Below are positions 38,316 through 47,090 of a stretch of DNA of 64,000 nt, piece after piece; within the stretch, counting starts at the first letter, position 1; each line of letters opens with the position of its first letter. The notes beneath the pieces were generated by a model. It worked only from the letters and a program-made list of their open reading frames with translations, was not told the origin of the DNA and made no database searches. The position numbers and the translations under genes were made by a program. Where the stretch lies: positions 22,764-86,763 of the forward strand of contig DUOW01000018.1 in assembly GCA_012838635.1 (NCBI GenBank), read 5' to 3'. This DNA comes from Acholeplasma sp. GTDB lineage: Bacteria; Bacillota_I; Bacilli_A; ML615J-28; CAG-698.

Positions 38316-39189
38316 GATTAAGAGTTTCCATCCACTTACGATTTTTCTCTTCTTTATTTTGAATATGACCTTTACTTTATTTACTTATAATCCTATGATT
38401 TTAGGAATTTCGTTGGTAGTTAGTTTATTTTATTCTTTGTATTATCACGATTTTAAAATCTTTTTAGGAAATATCGGCTTTTATTTATTCACAATTTTGT
38501 TTATTGTTTTAATAAATCCATTGTTTAATCATCGTGGTTCAACAATTCTCTTTTTCTTAAATGAACAAGCTATTACTAAGGAATCAATTATTTTTGGTTT
38601 AGCTATTTCTATAGCCCTAGTTAGCATTATTGTATGGAGTTCAATTTTCTCTTATACAATGGATACTGATAAGAATATGTATTTGTTTTCTAGGGTATCA
38701 GTTAATCTAGCTATAATTATTGCTTTAGTTTTACGTTTTATTCCAGAAATGAAAAGAAAGAAACAAGAGTTTATTGATACTCAGACTACTTTAGGAATGA
38801 AGAAAACTAAAAGTTTAAGTGTAAGATTAAGTATAAGTTATCAGATTTTACTTGCATTAATAACTTGGTCTTTAGAGCATTATTTAACTTTAAGTTTAAG
38901 TATGAAGGCTCGAGGTTATAAACAAGGTAAAAGAAGTTATTATCATAATTATGCTTTTAAGTTAAAAGATTTTGTACTTCTATTATTTGGTTTTTTATTG
39001 TTAGCTTTTTATATTTATTGTAATTATCAAGGACATTTATACTTTTACTATTACCCAGTTATAGGACAGTTAAAAATAAATATTTATAGTATTATTTTGT
39101 TTAGTGCTAGCTTTTTGTTTATGATGCTACCATTAATTTATGAGATAGGAGTGAGCTTAAAATGGCATTTCTTAAGGCGAAAAATTTAA
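38302..39189 (+). CDS. ecfT: ECF transporter transmembrane (T) component
   Basis: CbiQ-family topology; conserved ARG motif (SMKARGY). Confidence 0.75.
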   Translation: MFMNKIKSFHPLTIFLFFILNMTFTLFTYNPMILGISLVVSLFYSLYYHDFKIFLGNIGFYLFTILFIVLINPLFNHRGSTILFFLNEQAITKESIIFGLAISIALVSIIVWSSIFSYTMDTDKNMYLFSRVSVNLAIIIALVLRFIPEMKRKKQEFIDTQTTLGMKKTKSLSVRLSISYQILLALITWSLEHYLTLSLSMKARGYKQGKRSYYHNYAFKLKDFVLLLFGFLLLAFYIYCNYQGHLYFYYYPVIGQLKINIYSIILFSASFLFMMLPLIYEIGVSLKWHFLRRKI

Positions 39190-40802
39190 GTTTTAGATAT
39201 TTAGATGATACCTTTACTTTAAGTAACGTTAACTTTTCTTTAGAGAAAGGTGATTTTTGCTTGGTTGTAGGTAAGACTGGGTGTGGTAAGACAACGCTAC
39301 TTAGGCTTTTGAAGAAAGAAATTACTCCTAGTGGTTCATTAAAAGGGGAAGTAAAGATTAATGGACTTGATTTAAAAGATTATGATTCAAATAAGATTGT
39401 TTATATGTTTCAAAATCCTTCAAGACAAATTGTTAGTGATAAAGTTTATCATGAGATTGTTTTTGGCTTAGAAGCAAGAGGTATTGAAAAGGAAGTTATG
39501 GAAGCTAAACTAGCGGAGATAGTAAATTATTTAGATATTAATGATTTACTTAATAAACATACAATGGAACTTTCTGGAGGAGAAGCCCAACTTGTAAGTT
39601 TGGCATCACTTTTAGTATTAGATCCAGAAGTCATTTTGCTAGATGAAGCATCATCACAATTAGATCCACTAACTAGAAAAAAGTTTTTAGAGATTTTAAA
39701 AAGAATTAATCAAGATTTTGGAATTACAATTATTTTAGTTGAACATAATTTAGAAGATGTTTTAGAGTTTACTGATAAAGTGATAGTTTTAGATCAAGGA
39801 AAGATGCTTTATTTTGGAGTTAAAGATGAGGCAATTGATTTTCTTGGCAATAATGAAGAATATTTTAATTTCTTATCAAAAACATTACAAATTTCCAAAC
39901 ATTTAAATTTAGGGAATTTGCTTCATTTGAAAGATGTTAAGGAAGCATTAAAAAGTAAGTACAAAAATGAGATTAATTTTGAGTATGAGATAAAAGATTT
40001 TGAAAAAGAAATCATTAAAGCAGAAGATTTATATTATCGCTATAGCAAGAAAGAAAGAGATGTTTTAGAAAAGCTTTCTTTAACTGTTTATGATAATGAG
40101 ATCTTAGGATTTGTTGGGGGAAATGGTGTTGGTAAAACAACATTACTTAAAAATTTAGCTGGAATTAGAACTTTCTATTCAGGTAAAATAGAGATTGAAA
40201 ATAAGAATATTAAGAAATATAAAGGTAATTCACTATATAAGAATTTAATAGCTTATTTACCACAAGATCCTCTAACATTATTCTTAAAACGAACTGTAGG
40301 TGAAGACTTAGGGTATTATGTAAAGAGTTTAGATTTAGATAAAGATTTATTAAATAGATTAATTAAGAAATTTAGGATTGAAAATTTATTAGAAATGAGT
40401 CCTTATGACTTATCTGGGGGAGAATTACAAAAATGTGCTTTTACAAAAATTTTGCTTTCGAAGCCTAAGATTTTACTTTTAGATGAACCAACTAAAGGTA
40501 TGGATTTTAGTTTAAGAGAAGAACTAAAAAAAATATTATTAGCATTACAAAAAGAAGGGGCAACGATTATTATTGCAACGCATGATTTAGAGTTTATTGC
40601 AAGTATTGCCGATAGAGTTGGAATTATGTTTAATGGTAAAGTTTTAAGCCTAACTGATAGTCATAGTTTCTTTAGCAACAGCAATTTTTATACAACTGTT
40701 GCTTCACTTGCATCAAGAAAGCTTTATGATAAAGTTATTACTGTTCCTGAGCTTGTAGAGATAGCTATGAAGAATGGAATTAAAGATGAAAAAGATAATT
40801 AG
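39162..40802 (+). CDS. ecfA: ECF transporter fused duplicated ATPase (EcfA1-EcfA2 / CbiO-type)
   Basis: Two Walker A motifs (GKTGCGKTT; GGNGVGKTT), two LSGGE signatures, two Walker B motifs. Confidence 0.85.
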   Translation: MAFLKAKNLSFRYLDDTFTLSNVNFSLEKGDFCLVVGKTGCGKTTLLRLLKKEITPSGSLKGEVKINGLDLKDYDSNKIVYMFQNPSRQIVSDKVYHEIVFGLEARGIEKEVMEAKLAEIVNYLDINDLLNKHTMELSGGEAQLVSLASLLVLDPEVILLDEASSQLDPLTRKKFLEILKRINQDFGITIILVEHNLEDVLEFTDKVIVLDQGKMLYFGVKDEAIDFLGNNEEYFNFLSKTLQISKHLNLGNLLHLKDVKEALKSKYKNEINFEYEIKDFEKEIIKAEDLYYRYSKKERDVLEKLSLTVYDNEILGFVGGNGVGKTTLLKNLAGIRTFYSGKIEIENKNIKKYKGNSLYKNLIAYLPQDPLTLFLKRTVGEDLGYYVKSLDLDKDLLNRLIKKFRIENLLEMSPYDLSGGELQKCAFTKILLSKPKILLLDEPTKGMDFSLREELKKILLALQKEGATIIIATHDLEFIASIADRVGIMFNGKVLSLTDSHSFFSNSNFYTTVASLASRKLYDKVITVPELVEIAMKNGIKDEKDN

Positions 40803-41484
40803 ATATGCGGTCATATTTGGCTTAATTCCTTTAATTTTGGTTTTGTTTTATTTTTTACTTGATTCAAAACAATATGGAATTATTTCTGTCTTAATTGCGA
40901 TATTGGCATTAATACCATTCTATTTATCTTTTGAAGGCTCAAAACCTAAAATTGAAGAGTTAATTCTAGTGGCAATTGTTATTGCTATTAATATCGTTTC
41001 AAGAATTCTTTTTGCACCTTTACCAGGTATTAAACCAATTGGGGCAATCATTATTATTGCTGCTTTAATTTTTGGAAAAGAAGCAGGGTTTATGATTGGC
41101 TCTTTAACAATGGCTATTTCCAACTTTTATTTTGGACAAGGACCATGGACACCATTTCAGATGTTTGGTTTTGGGATTATAGGTTATTTAGCTGGTTTAT
41201 TTAAGAATAATTTTTTAAAGAAAAATATCTATTTTGTTTTATTTTTAGGAGGGTTATCAGGAATCTTTTATGTTCTCTTGATTGATGTTTGGACAACACT
41301 TCAAGTAACATCAGGATTTAATTTTAAAGATTATTTTAACTTTATCATTATTTCAACCCCAACAACAATTGGTTATATGGCTTCAAATATGTTGTTTTTG
41401 ATCTTGCTTTATAAACCTTTGATGAATTTATTTGAAAGAATTCAAAAAAAGTTTAATCTTTTTAATGATAAAACTAGTAAATAA
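40774..41484 (+). CDS. putative ECF substrate-specific (S) component, CbrT-like (cobalamin)
   Basis: 236-aa 6-TM protein, last gene of the B12-riboswitch operon. Confidence 0.5.
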   Translation: MELKMKKIIRYAVIFGLIPLILVLFYFLLDSKQYGIISVLIAILALIPFYLSFEGSKPKIEELILVAIVIAINIVSRILFAPLPGIKPIGAIIIIAALIFGKEAGFMIGSLTMAISNFYFGQGPWTPFQMFGFGIIGYLAGLFKNNFLKKNIYFVLFLGGLSGIFYVLLIDVWTTLQVTSGFNFKDYFNFIIISTPTTIGYMASNMLFLILLYKPLMNLFERIQKKFNLFNDKTSK

Positions 41485-41511
41485 TAGTAATTAGTGATAT
41501 AATTACTTTTG

Positions 41512-41557
41512 TTAGATGTTCGCCTTGCATAACCATCTAAAATAAAAAACAAGGAGG
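41512..41557 (+). ncRNA. preQ1-I riboswitch
   Basis: P1 TAGATG/CATCTA with a UUC-containing loop. A-rich tail AAAUAAAAAAC. Pseudoknot CCUUG (loop) / CAAGG overlapping the SD AAGGAGG. Confidence 0.75.
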
Positions 41558-41562
41558 TAAAA

Positions 41563-42057
41563 ATGAAAGTTATTGTGAGGAATGCTTTAATAGCAGCGCT
41601 TTATGTAGTCTTTACAATTATCAATCCTTTTTCTTTTGAAAACATTCAATTTAGAATTTCTGAAGTATTGATTTTGCTTGTTTTCTTTAGAAAAGACTAT
41701 TTCTTAGGATTAGTTGTTGGCTGTATTATTGCTAATATGTTTAGTCCAATGGGTATTTATGATGTCATCTTTGGAACGTTAGCTACTGTTTTAAGTTTAA
41801 TCTGTATTATGTACTCTAAACACTTATTTATTACTTGGATCTTTCCAACTGTGTTTAATGCTTTTATTGTTGGGTTAGAATTATACTTAATTTTAGAGTT
41901 GCCATTTTGGTTAAGTGTTCTAGGAGTTGCAATTGGAGAAGCAGTTGTAATGATTATAGGGGTAGTTTTATTTTATTTCTTAAAAAGAAATGATGCTTTT
42001 ATGAATTTAATAAAAGCTAATCAAAACTATACTTTTAAAGATGATTTAAGTAGTTAG
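41563..42057 (+). CDS. queT: queuosine-precursor transporter QueT (ECF-type S component)
   Basis: 164-aa 5-TM QueT-like protein directly after the preQ1 riboswitch. Confidence 0.7.
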   Translation: MKVIVRNALIAALYVVFTIINPFSFENIQFRISEVLILLVFFRKDYFLGLVVGCIIANMFSPMGIYDVIFGTLATVLSLICIMYSKHLFITWIFPTVFNAFIVGLELYLILELPFWLSVLGVAIGEAVVMIIGVVLFYFLKRNDAFMNLIKANQNYTFKDDLSS

Positions 42058-42088
42058 TGGATGTAAACGTTTTATGTGATGAAAATGC

Positions 42089-42117
42089 TGGACATTCATT
42101 TAAATATGGGGTATAAT
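42089..42117 (+). promoter_or_regulatory. promoter (TGGACA, 17 bp spacer, TATAAT)
   Basis: Positions the TSS ~25 nt upstream of the leader-peptide ATG. Confidence 0.5.
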
Positions 42118-42147
42118 GAAAATAATAAAATTAGGAGGAAAAGAACT

Positions 42148-42207
42148 ATGTTAGTTAATTTTCAAAACAAATTTTATTACTATTATTACTTTCCAAGGAT
42201 ATCATAA
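42148..42207 (+). CDS. 19-aa leader peptide MLVNFQNKFYYYYYFPRIS with five consecutive Tyr codons
   Basis: SD AGGAGG 9 nt upstream. Tyr run flanked by Phe codons. Confidence 0.55.
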   Translation: MLVNFQNKFYYYYYFPRIS

Positions 42208-42249
42208 AGGTTTCTTGGCCTTTTTCCTGTTGTGAAAGTGCCAATATAA

Positions 42250-42351
42250 CTGTTATTATGATATCAAACGTAAAAGTTTAATTGATAAGTAATAACAGTA
42301 TTCTAAAATATTATTAGATTAAAATGTGTTATTACTTATAACACATTTTTT
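42250..42351 (+). promoter_or_regulatory. transcription attenuator with mutually exclusive 1:2 / 2:3 / 3:4 helices plus a T-run
   Basis: Region 1 CTGTTATTA 42250-58. Region 2 ATAAGTAATAACAG 42285-98. Region 3 TGTTATTACTTAT 42327-39. Terminator GTGTTAT-tactt-ATAACAC + T6 at 42326-42351. Confidence 0.55.
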
Positions 42352-42371
42352 AATTTAAGGAGGTTTATAAA

Positions 42372-43349
42372 ATGAAATTAAGAAGAATGCTAGGAATGAT
42401 TTTAGTATTTATATTTGGTGTTTTATTAGTAGGTTGTAAGAAAGATGATAAAACACAAATCGGGATTTTGCAACTTGTTGCAGCACCTGCTTTAGATGAA
42501 GCGAGAATTGGCTTTTTAGAAGTATTAGAAGAAAATGGATTTAAGGATGGAGAGAATATTAAAGTTACTCTTGAAATCCCTAATGCAGACCAAACTGTTA
42601 TGATGCAACAAGCAAAAAGTTTAGTAAGAAAATCAGATCTTATTTTATCTATTGCCACAAACGCAACAGCAGCAGCCCAAAATGCTTTAATTGAAGCAAA
42701 TAAAACGACACCGCTTTTATTTACAGCAGTTACTGATCCAGTAGCTCATGGATTTGTAGAGTCAATGGCTAAACCAGGAGGTCATATTACTGGTACTAGT
42801 GATATGAACCCAGTAGTAGAACAAGTAGGGCTTGCAAAAGATCTTTTACCTGAGGCAACTAAGATTGGCTTCTTATATAACTCAAATGAGGAAAATTCAA
42901 GAGTTCAAGTAGAAATGGGTGTTGCAGCAGCTGAAAGTTTAGGAATGACTACTGTTGTAAAAACAATTAGTGAAGTTAACCAAATTGATCAAGTTGCAAG
43001 AAGTTTATTTAATGATGTAGATATTGTTTATGTACCAACGGATAATATGTTAGCTCAAAATATGGTACTACTTACAAATCTTTCATTAAGTACAAAGAAA
43101 CCAATTATTGCTGGTGAAGAAAATCAAGTTCGTGATGGAGCTTCAATTACATTTGGTATTAACTACCGTGATTTAGGAAGACAAACAGGACAAATGGCAG
43201 TTGAGATTTTGAAAAATGGTAAGAAACCTCAAGATATTCCTGCTGCTGTGTCAGAAACATATACTTTAATTGTAAACAAAACAAATTTAGAAGCAATGGG
43301 TATTACTGTTAGCCAAGCATTATTAGATAAAGCTGACGAAGTTATTTAG
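42372..43349 (+). CDS. ABC transporter substrate-binding lipoprotein (COG2984 / ABC_sub_bind family; predicted amino-acid importer)
   Basis: LVGC lipobox; family-typical periplasmic domain. Confidence 0.75.
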   Translation: MKLRRMLGMILVFIFGVLLVGCKKDDKTQIGILQLVAAPALDEARIGFLEVLEENGFKDGENIKVTLEIPNADQTVMMQQAKSLVRKSDLILSIATNATAAAQNALIEANKTTPLLFTAVTDPVAHGFVESMAKPGGHITGTSDMNPVVEQVGLAKDLLPEATKIGFLYNSNEENSRVQVEMGVAAAESLGMTTVVKTISEVNQIDQVARSLFNDVDIVYVPTDNMLAQNMVLLTNLSLSTKKPIIAGEENQVRDGASITFGINYRDLGRQTGQMAVEILKNGKKPQDIPAAVSETYTLIVNKTNLEAMGITVSQALLDKADEVI

Positions 43350-43363
43350 AAAGGAGCATAGTT

Positions 43364-44299
43364 ATGGAATTAGTAAGTGTCTTATTTGATTCCTTACAAG
43401 AAGGATTAGCATATGCTATTTTAGTTATAGGTGTTTTTATTTCTTTTAGAATGTTAGATTTTGCGGATATGACATGTGAAGGATCGCTAACAATGGGTGC
43501 TGCAATTACAATGGTAATGATTACTAGTGGAATTAATCCTATTTTAAGTGTCTTAGTTGCCTTTGTTTTAGGAACTATTGCAGGTATTATTACGGCCTTA
43601 CTTCACACAAAATTAAAAATACCACCTCTTTTAGCTGGTATCATTATGATGACTGCTTTATATTCCATTAACTTGCAAGTTATTCAAGGTGGAAGATCAA
43701 CAGTTATTATGACTTATGGGGAAACAAAAACTATTTTCTCATTTTTAGAAAATATGATTCCATCTACATCATTTATTACAAACTTTCAAAGTTCAAAATT
43801 AATTGTTTTAACACTAGTATTGATACTTGTTTTCTTTGCAATTTACTATTTCTTTGGAACAGAAATTGGTATGAGTATTAGAAGTACAGGCATGAATAAA
43901 GATATGAGTAAAGCAATGGGAATTAATACTGATTTAATGATTATTATCGGCTTAGCCCTATCAAATGGTTTAATTGCTTTAAGTGGATCTTTAATCGCCC
44001 AAAAAAATGGTAGTAGTAATATGGATATTGGAAGAGGTACTTTAGTTATCGGACTTGCAGCAATCATTTTAGGTGAAGCTATTTTTGGTAAGAGGACATT
44101 TAAAAACTGGTTGATTTCTGTCATTTTAGGTTCATTTATTTACCAAATAATTGTAGCTATCGCAATTAATGTTTTTGGTTTAAATCCAAACTTCTTGAAG
44201 TTAATCCAAGCTGTTTTAATTGTAGCTATTTTGGCTATTCCTTTAATCAAGTCACAAATTAAAAAATTTAAAACAAGAAAGGAATTAAAAGCATGTTAG
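43364..44299 (+). CDS. ABC transporter permease (COG4120 family)
   Basis: Multi-TM protein, operon partner. Confidence 0.75.
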   Translation: MELVSVLFDSLQEGLAYAILVIGVFISFRMLDFADMTCEGSLTMGAAITMVMITSGINPILSVLVAFVLGTIAGIITALLHTKLKIPPLLAGIIMMTALYSINLQVIQGGRSTVIMTYGETKTIFSFLENMIPSTSFITNFQSSKLIVLTLVLILVFFAIYYFFGTEIGMSIRSTGMNKDMSKAMGINTDLMIIIGLALSNGLIALSGSLIAQKNGSSNMDIGRGTLVIGLAAIILGEAIFGKRTFKNWLISVILGSFIYQIIVAIAINVFGLNPNFLKLIQAVLIVAILAIPLIKSQIKKFKTRKELKAC

Positions 44300-45081
44300 A
44301 ACTTAAGAACATAACAAAGATTTTCAATCCTGATATACTAGAAGATAGAAGAGTAGCTTTAGATAATCTTTCTTTAGAAATTGAAGATGGTGAATTTGTG
44401 ACTGTTATTGGTAGTAATGGTTCTGGTAAATCGACACTATTAAATATTATTAATGGTAAATATATGCCTGATTTTGGAAAGGTTATTTTGGATGGTGAAG
44501 ATATTACGAGTTTAAAACAACACCAAAAAGCAAAATATATTGGAACTGTTTTTCAAGACCCTCATCAAGGAACGGCAAGTCAAATGTCTGTTTTAGAAAA
44601 CTTTGAGATTGCTAAGCGCCGAGGGAAAAGAAAGACATTAAAATGGGGTTTTAGTGCGCAAAATAGAGAAGATTTTATTGTACAATTGAGTAAATTTGAT
44701 TTAGGCTTAGAGAAAAGATTAACCCAAAAAATTGGGACTTTATCTGGAGGTCAAAGACAAGCAATTACTTTAATTATGGCTACTTTAAATAATCCAAAAT
44801 TATTATTACTAGATGAGCATACAGCAGCATTAGATCCTAATACTGCTACAAAAGTATTAGAGATTACCAATGAAATAATTAAAGCAGAAAAACTAACAAC
44901 AATTATGGTTACTCATAATATGAAAGATGCCATTAATTATGGGGATAGACTAATTATGTTAGATCAAGGGAAGATTATTTTCGATTGTAAGGGTGAAGAG
45001 AAGAAAAACTTAACTATTCCAGTCTTACTTCAAAAATTCTCTTCTAAAGCTGTAATTAATGATGAATTGATATTAAGTTAA
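44293..45081 (+). CDS. ABC transporter ATP-binding protein (COG1101 family)
   Basis: GSNGSGKST Walker A, LSGGQRQ signature, LLLDEHTAALD Walker B. Confidence 0.85.
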   Translation: MLELKNITKIFNPDILEDRRVALDNLSLEIEDGEFVTVIGSNGSGKSTLLNIINGKYMPDFGKVILDGEDITSLKQHQKAKYIGTVFQDPHQGTASQMSVLENFEIAKRRGKRKTLKWGFSAQNREDFIVQLSKFDLGLEKRLTQKIGTLSGGQRQAITLIMATLNNPKLLLLDEHTAALDPNTATKVLEITNEIIKAEKLTTIMVTHNMKDAINYGDRLIMLDQGKIIFDCKGEEKKNLTIPVLLQKFSSKAVINDELILS

Positions 45082-45106
45082 AAGGTCACTAATGTGACCT
45101 TTTTTA
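45081..45106 (+). terminator. rho-independent terminator
   Basis: AAGGTCAC-taat-GTGACCTT followed by T6. Confidence 0.7.
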
Positions 45107-45165
45107 AAAGAAAATAAAAGAAATTATCTTTCCTCTTTATAATATACAAATAAAGAGGAGGTATT

Positions 45166-46731
45166 ATGAAAAAAATATTGAATGCATTTTTATTCCTTTT
45201 ATGCATTATCGGATTAAAAGGATTACAAATTAAGGCTATTGACTGGGAGTTTATTCCAAAAGGAATAAATTATATTTCTAAAGATCAGTTTATTATGACA
45301 GAAACTGATGAAGATGTTATCTTGACATCATACCGTTATATTAAAATAGATAGCAGTATCACATATTGGTTAAAAGCTGGAAGTGAGAATAACTTAAACA
45401 ATATTACATTTAAAGATAGTAGTTACAGAAGTAATAAAGTGTTAGCAGAAGAAGGAAGCTGGCAACAACTAACAAAAACAGGAACGCCACTTGATTATAG
45501 TAGTAGCATTGAGTATTTACGTTTAAGTTTTAAATATCCTAAAGCTAGTAATGATTTCTTAACACCAGAACAAGTATTTGAAAATTTAGAAATTTATTTC
45601 AACTTATATGATTCAAGTTTATTTAACCCTGATAGTGATTTTACCTATCAAGGAGTAGATTATAGTTCTTATAGTCAAATAAATAGTAAAGATTTAAGAA
45701 TATCATATCAAACGAGTTTTAATTTGACGGAATTTGAAAACAGCTTAATGGCTTATGATAACTATGATGGTAATATAACTGCAAAGATTATAAAAAAAGT
45801 TGACACTTATAGTGCTCAAGAAAATAGAGTTGGGAACTATTTAGTTCAATATTCAGTTCAAGATGAAGCATTAAATGAATCAACTTTTACTTTAAATTTG
45901 GAGGTTTATGATGAAATCCCCCCAACAATTTCTGGTTTAAACAGTTATGAAAAAAGTGTTAATGAAGAATTAAGTGTTGAAGAGTTAAAGACAGTTTTAG
46001 GCATAACAGCTCATGATGATTATGATGGTAATCTTACAGATAATATTGTTATCGAAAATGATCTTTATACAGGAAAGGAAAATACTGTTGGGGAACATAC
46101 AGTGACTTATAAAGTAGCTGATAGTTCTAATAACACTACTTTCTTTACTGCTACAGTAATCGTAACTGATAGTGAAGGCCCAGTTTTTACTGGTGAAAAT
46201 AGTTATACAGTAAATACCGATGAAACATTAGATTTAGAAGAAATAAGATTAAGTTTAAGAGCAGTAGATGCTGTTTCTGGTAATTGCTTTGTAGAGTTAC
46301 ATTTAGATAATTATAGCTTTAATAAAACAAAAGTAGGAGTTTATGATGTAATTTATAAAGCTAGTGATAACGAAGGTAATACAACATACTTTACAGTAAC
46401 AGTTACTGTAAAAGATAATATTCCACCAATTTTCATGATTAAGTTAAATCCAATCAATATGGCTACAAGTTCACCATTATCAATTTCTAATGTTTTAGAT
46501 ATGACAAGACCATATTATGGTTTTGATACTAATCTAGTCTATGAAGATAGAGCATTAGTTGAAGGTGAAAATATTATTCATTTAAGTAGCGATAATCAAA
46601 ACTACGAGTTAACGATTAATTATATTAAAACAGAAAAAAAAGAACCATCAGTAAGAGATAGTTCTAAAAAATTAAACTTCTTTGAGAGAATTAGACTCTT
46701 CTTTAGAAGAATTTTCGGCCGCCTTTTTTAA
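45166..46731 (+). CDS. secreted protein with three tandem bacterial Ig-like (DUF5011-type) repeats
   Basis: Signal peptide. Repeats starting YDNYDGNIT..., HDDYDGNLT..., AVDAVSGN..., each ending ...GN.T.FT.TV.V.D..PP. Confidence 0.6.
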   Translation: MKKILNAFLFLLCIIGLKGLQIKAIDWEFIPKGINYISKDQFIMTETDEDVILTSYRYIKIDSSITYWLKAGSENNLNNITFKDSSYRSNKVLAEEGSWQQLTKTGTPLDYSSSIEYLRLSFKYPKASNDFLTPEQVFENLEIYFNLYDSSLFNPDSDFTYQGVDYSSYSQINSKDLRISYQTSFNLTEFENSLMAYDNYDGNITAKIIKKVDTYSAQENRVGNYLVQYSVQDEALNESTFTLNLEVYDEIPPTISGLNSYEKSVNEELSVEELKTVLGITAHDDYDGNLTDNIVIENDLYTGKENTVGEHTVTYKVADSSNNTTFFTATVIVTDSEGPVFTGENSYTVNTDETLDLEEIRLSLRAVDAVSGNCFVELHLDNYSFNKTKVGVYDVIYKASDNEGNTTYFTVTVTVKDNIPPIFMIKLNPINMATSSPLSISNVLDMTRPYYGFDTNLVYEDRALVEGENIIHLSSDNQNYELTINYIKTEKKEPSVRDSSKKLNFFERIRLFFRRIFGRLF

Positions 46732-46956
46732 CGCTTGTTTTTCCTTTCGCGATAAAGGTACGGGATCATATTTTGGTTTAAATAAAGGATTACATTTTAA
46801 AATTCTTTTGATTGTTAGAAAAGTTGCGTAAAAGAAATTAAACTTTTCGTAAGCTTCTAAAGCATAATTTGAGCAAGTTGGATAATGGCGACAATGCTTA
46901 CGGTCTGGTTTATATTTTTGATAGAATTTAATTAATTTAATCATTAACTTATTCAT
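46672..46956 (-). CDS. yidD: membrane protein insertion efficiency factor YidD
   Basis: [11 protein letters not shown]...LKCNPL...YDPVP motifs. The 3' end overlaps the convergent gene by 60 nt. Confidence 0.8.
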   Translation of the reverse strand: MNKLMIKLIKFYQKYKPDRKHCRHYPTCSNYALEAYEKFNFFYATFLTIKRILKCNPLFKPKYDPVPLSRKEKQALKKAAENSSKEESNSLKEV

Positions 46957-46963
46957 GAAAAGT

Positions 46964-47003
46964 ACCTCATTTATTATATTATATAATAATGAGGTCTTTT
47001 TTT
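46964..47003. terminator. palindromic hairpin ACCTCATT/AATGAGGT + T7 (likely + strand terminator; overlaps the yidD promoter/SD region)
   Basis: 8-bp stem 46964-71/46988-95. The loop contains a TATAAT. Confidence 0.4.
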
Positions 47004-47090
47004 CAAGATTTCCACCTCTTTATTAATTGAATTATTAATACATTTATGATAAAATAATAAGGTATGAGATAAAAGAAAGAGGTGTTTAAT

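Noticed and set aside
42120-42371. T-box riboswitch upstream of the ABC transporter (also checked before metG, cysS, aro genes)
   Set aside because: No T-box sequence (AGGGUGGNACCGCG-like) or specifier-loop architecture. The alternative helices here are AT-only and are preceded by a translated Tyr-rich leader.
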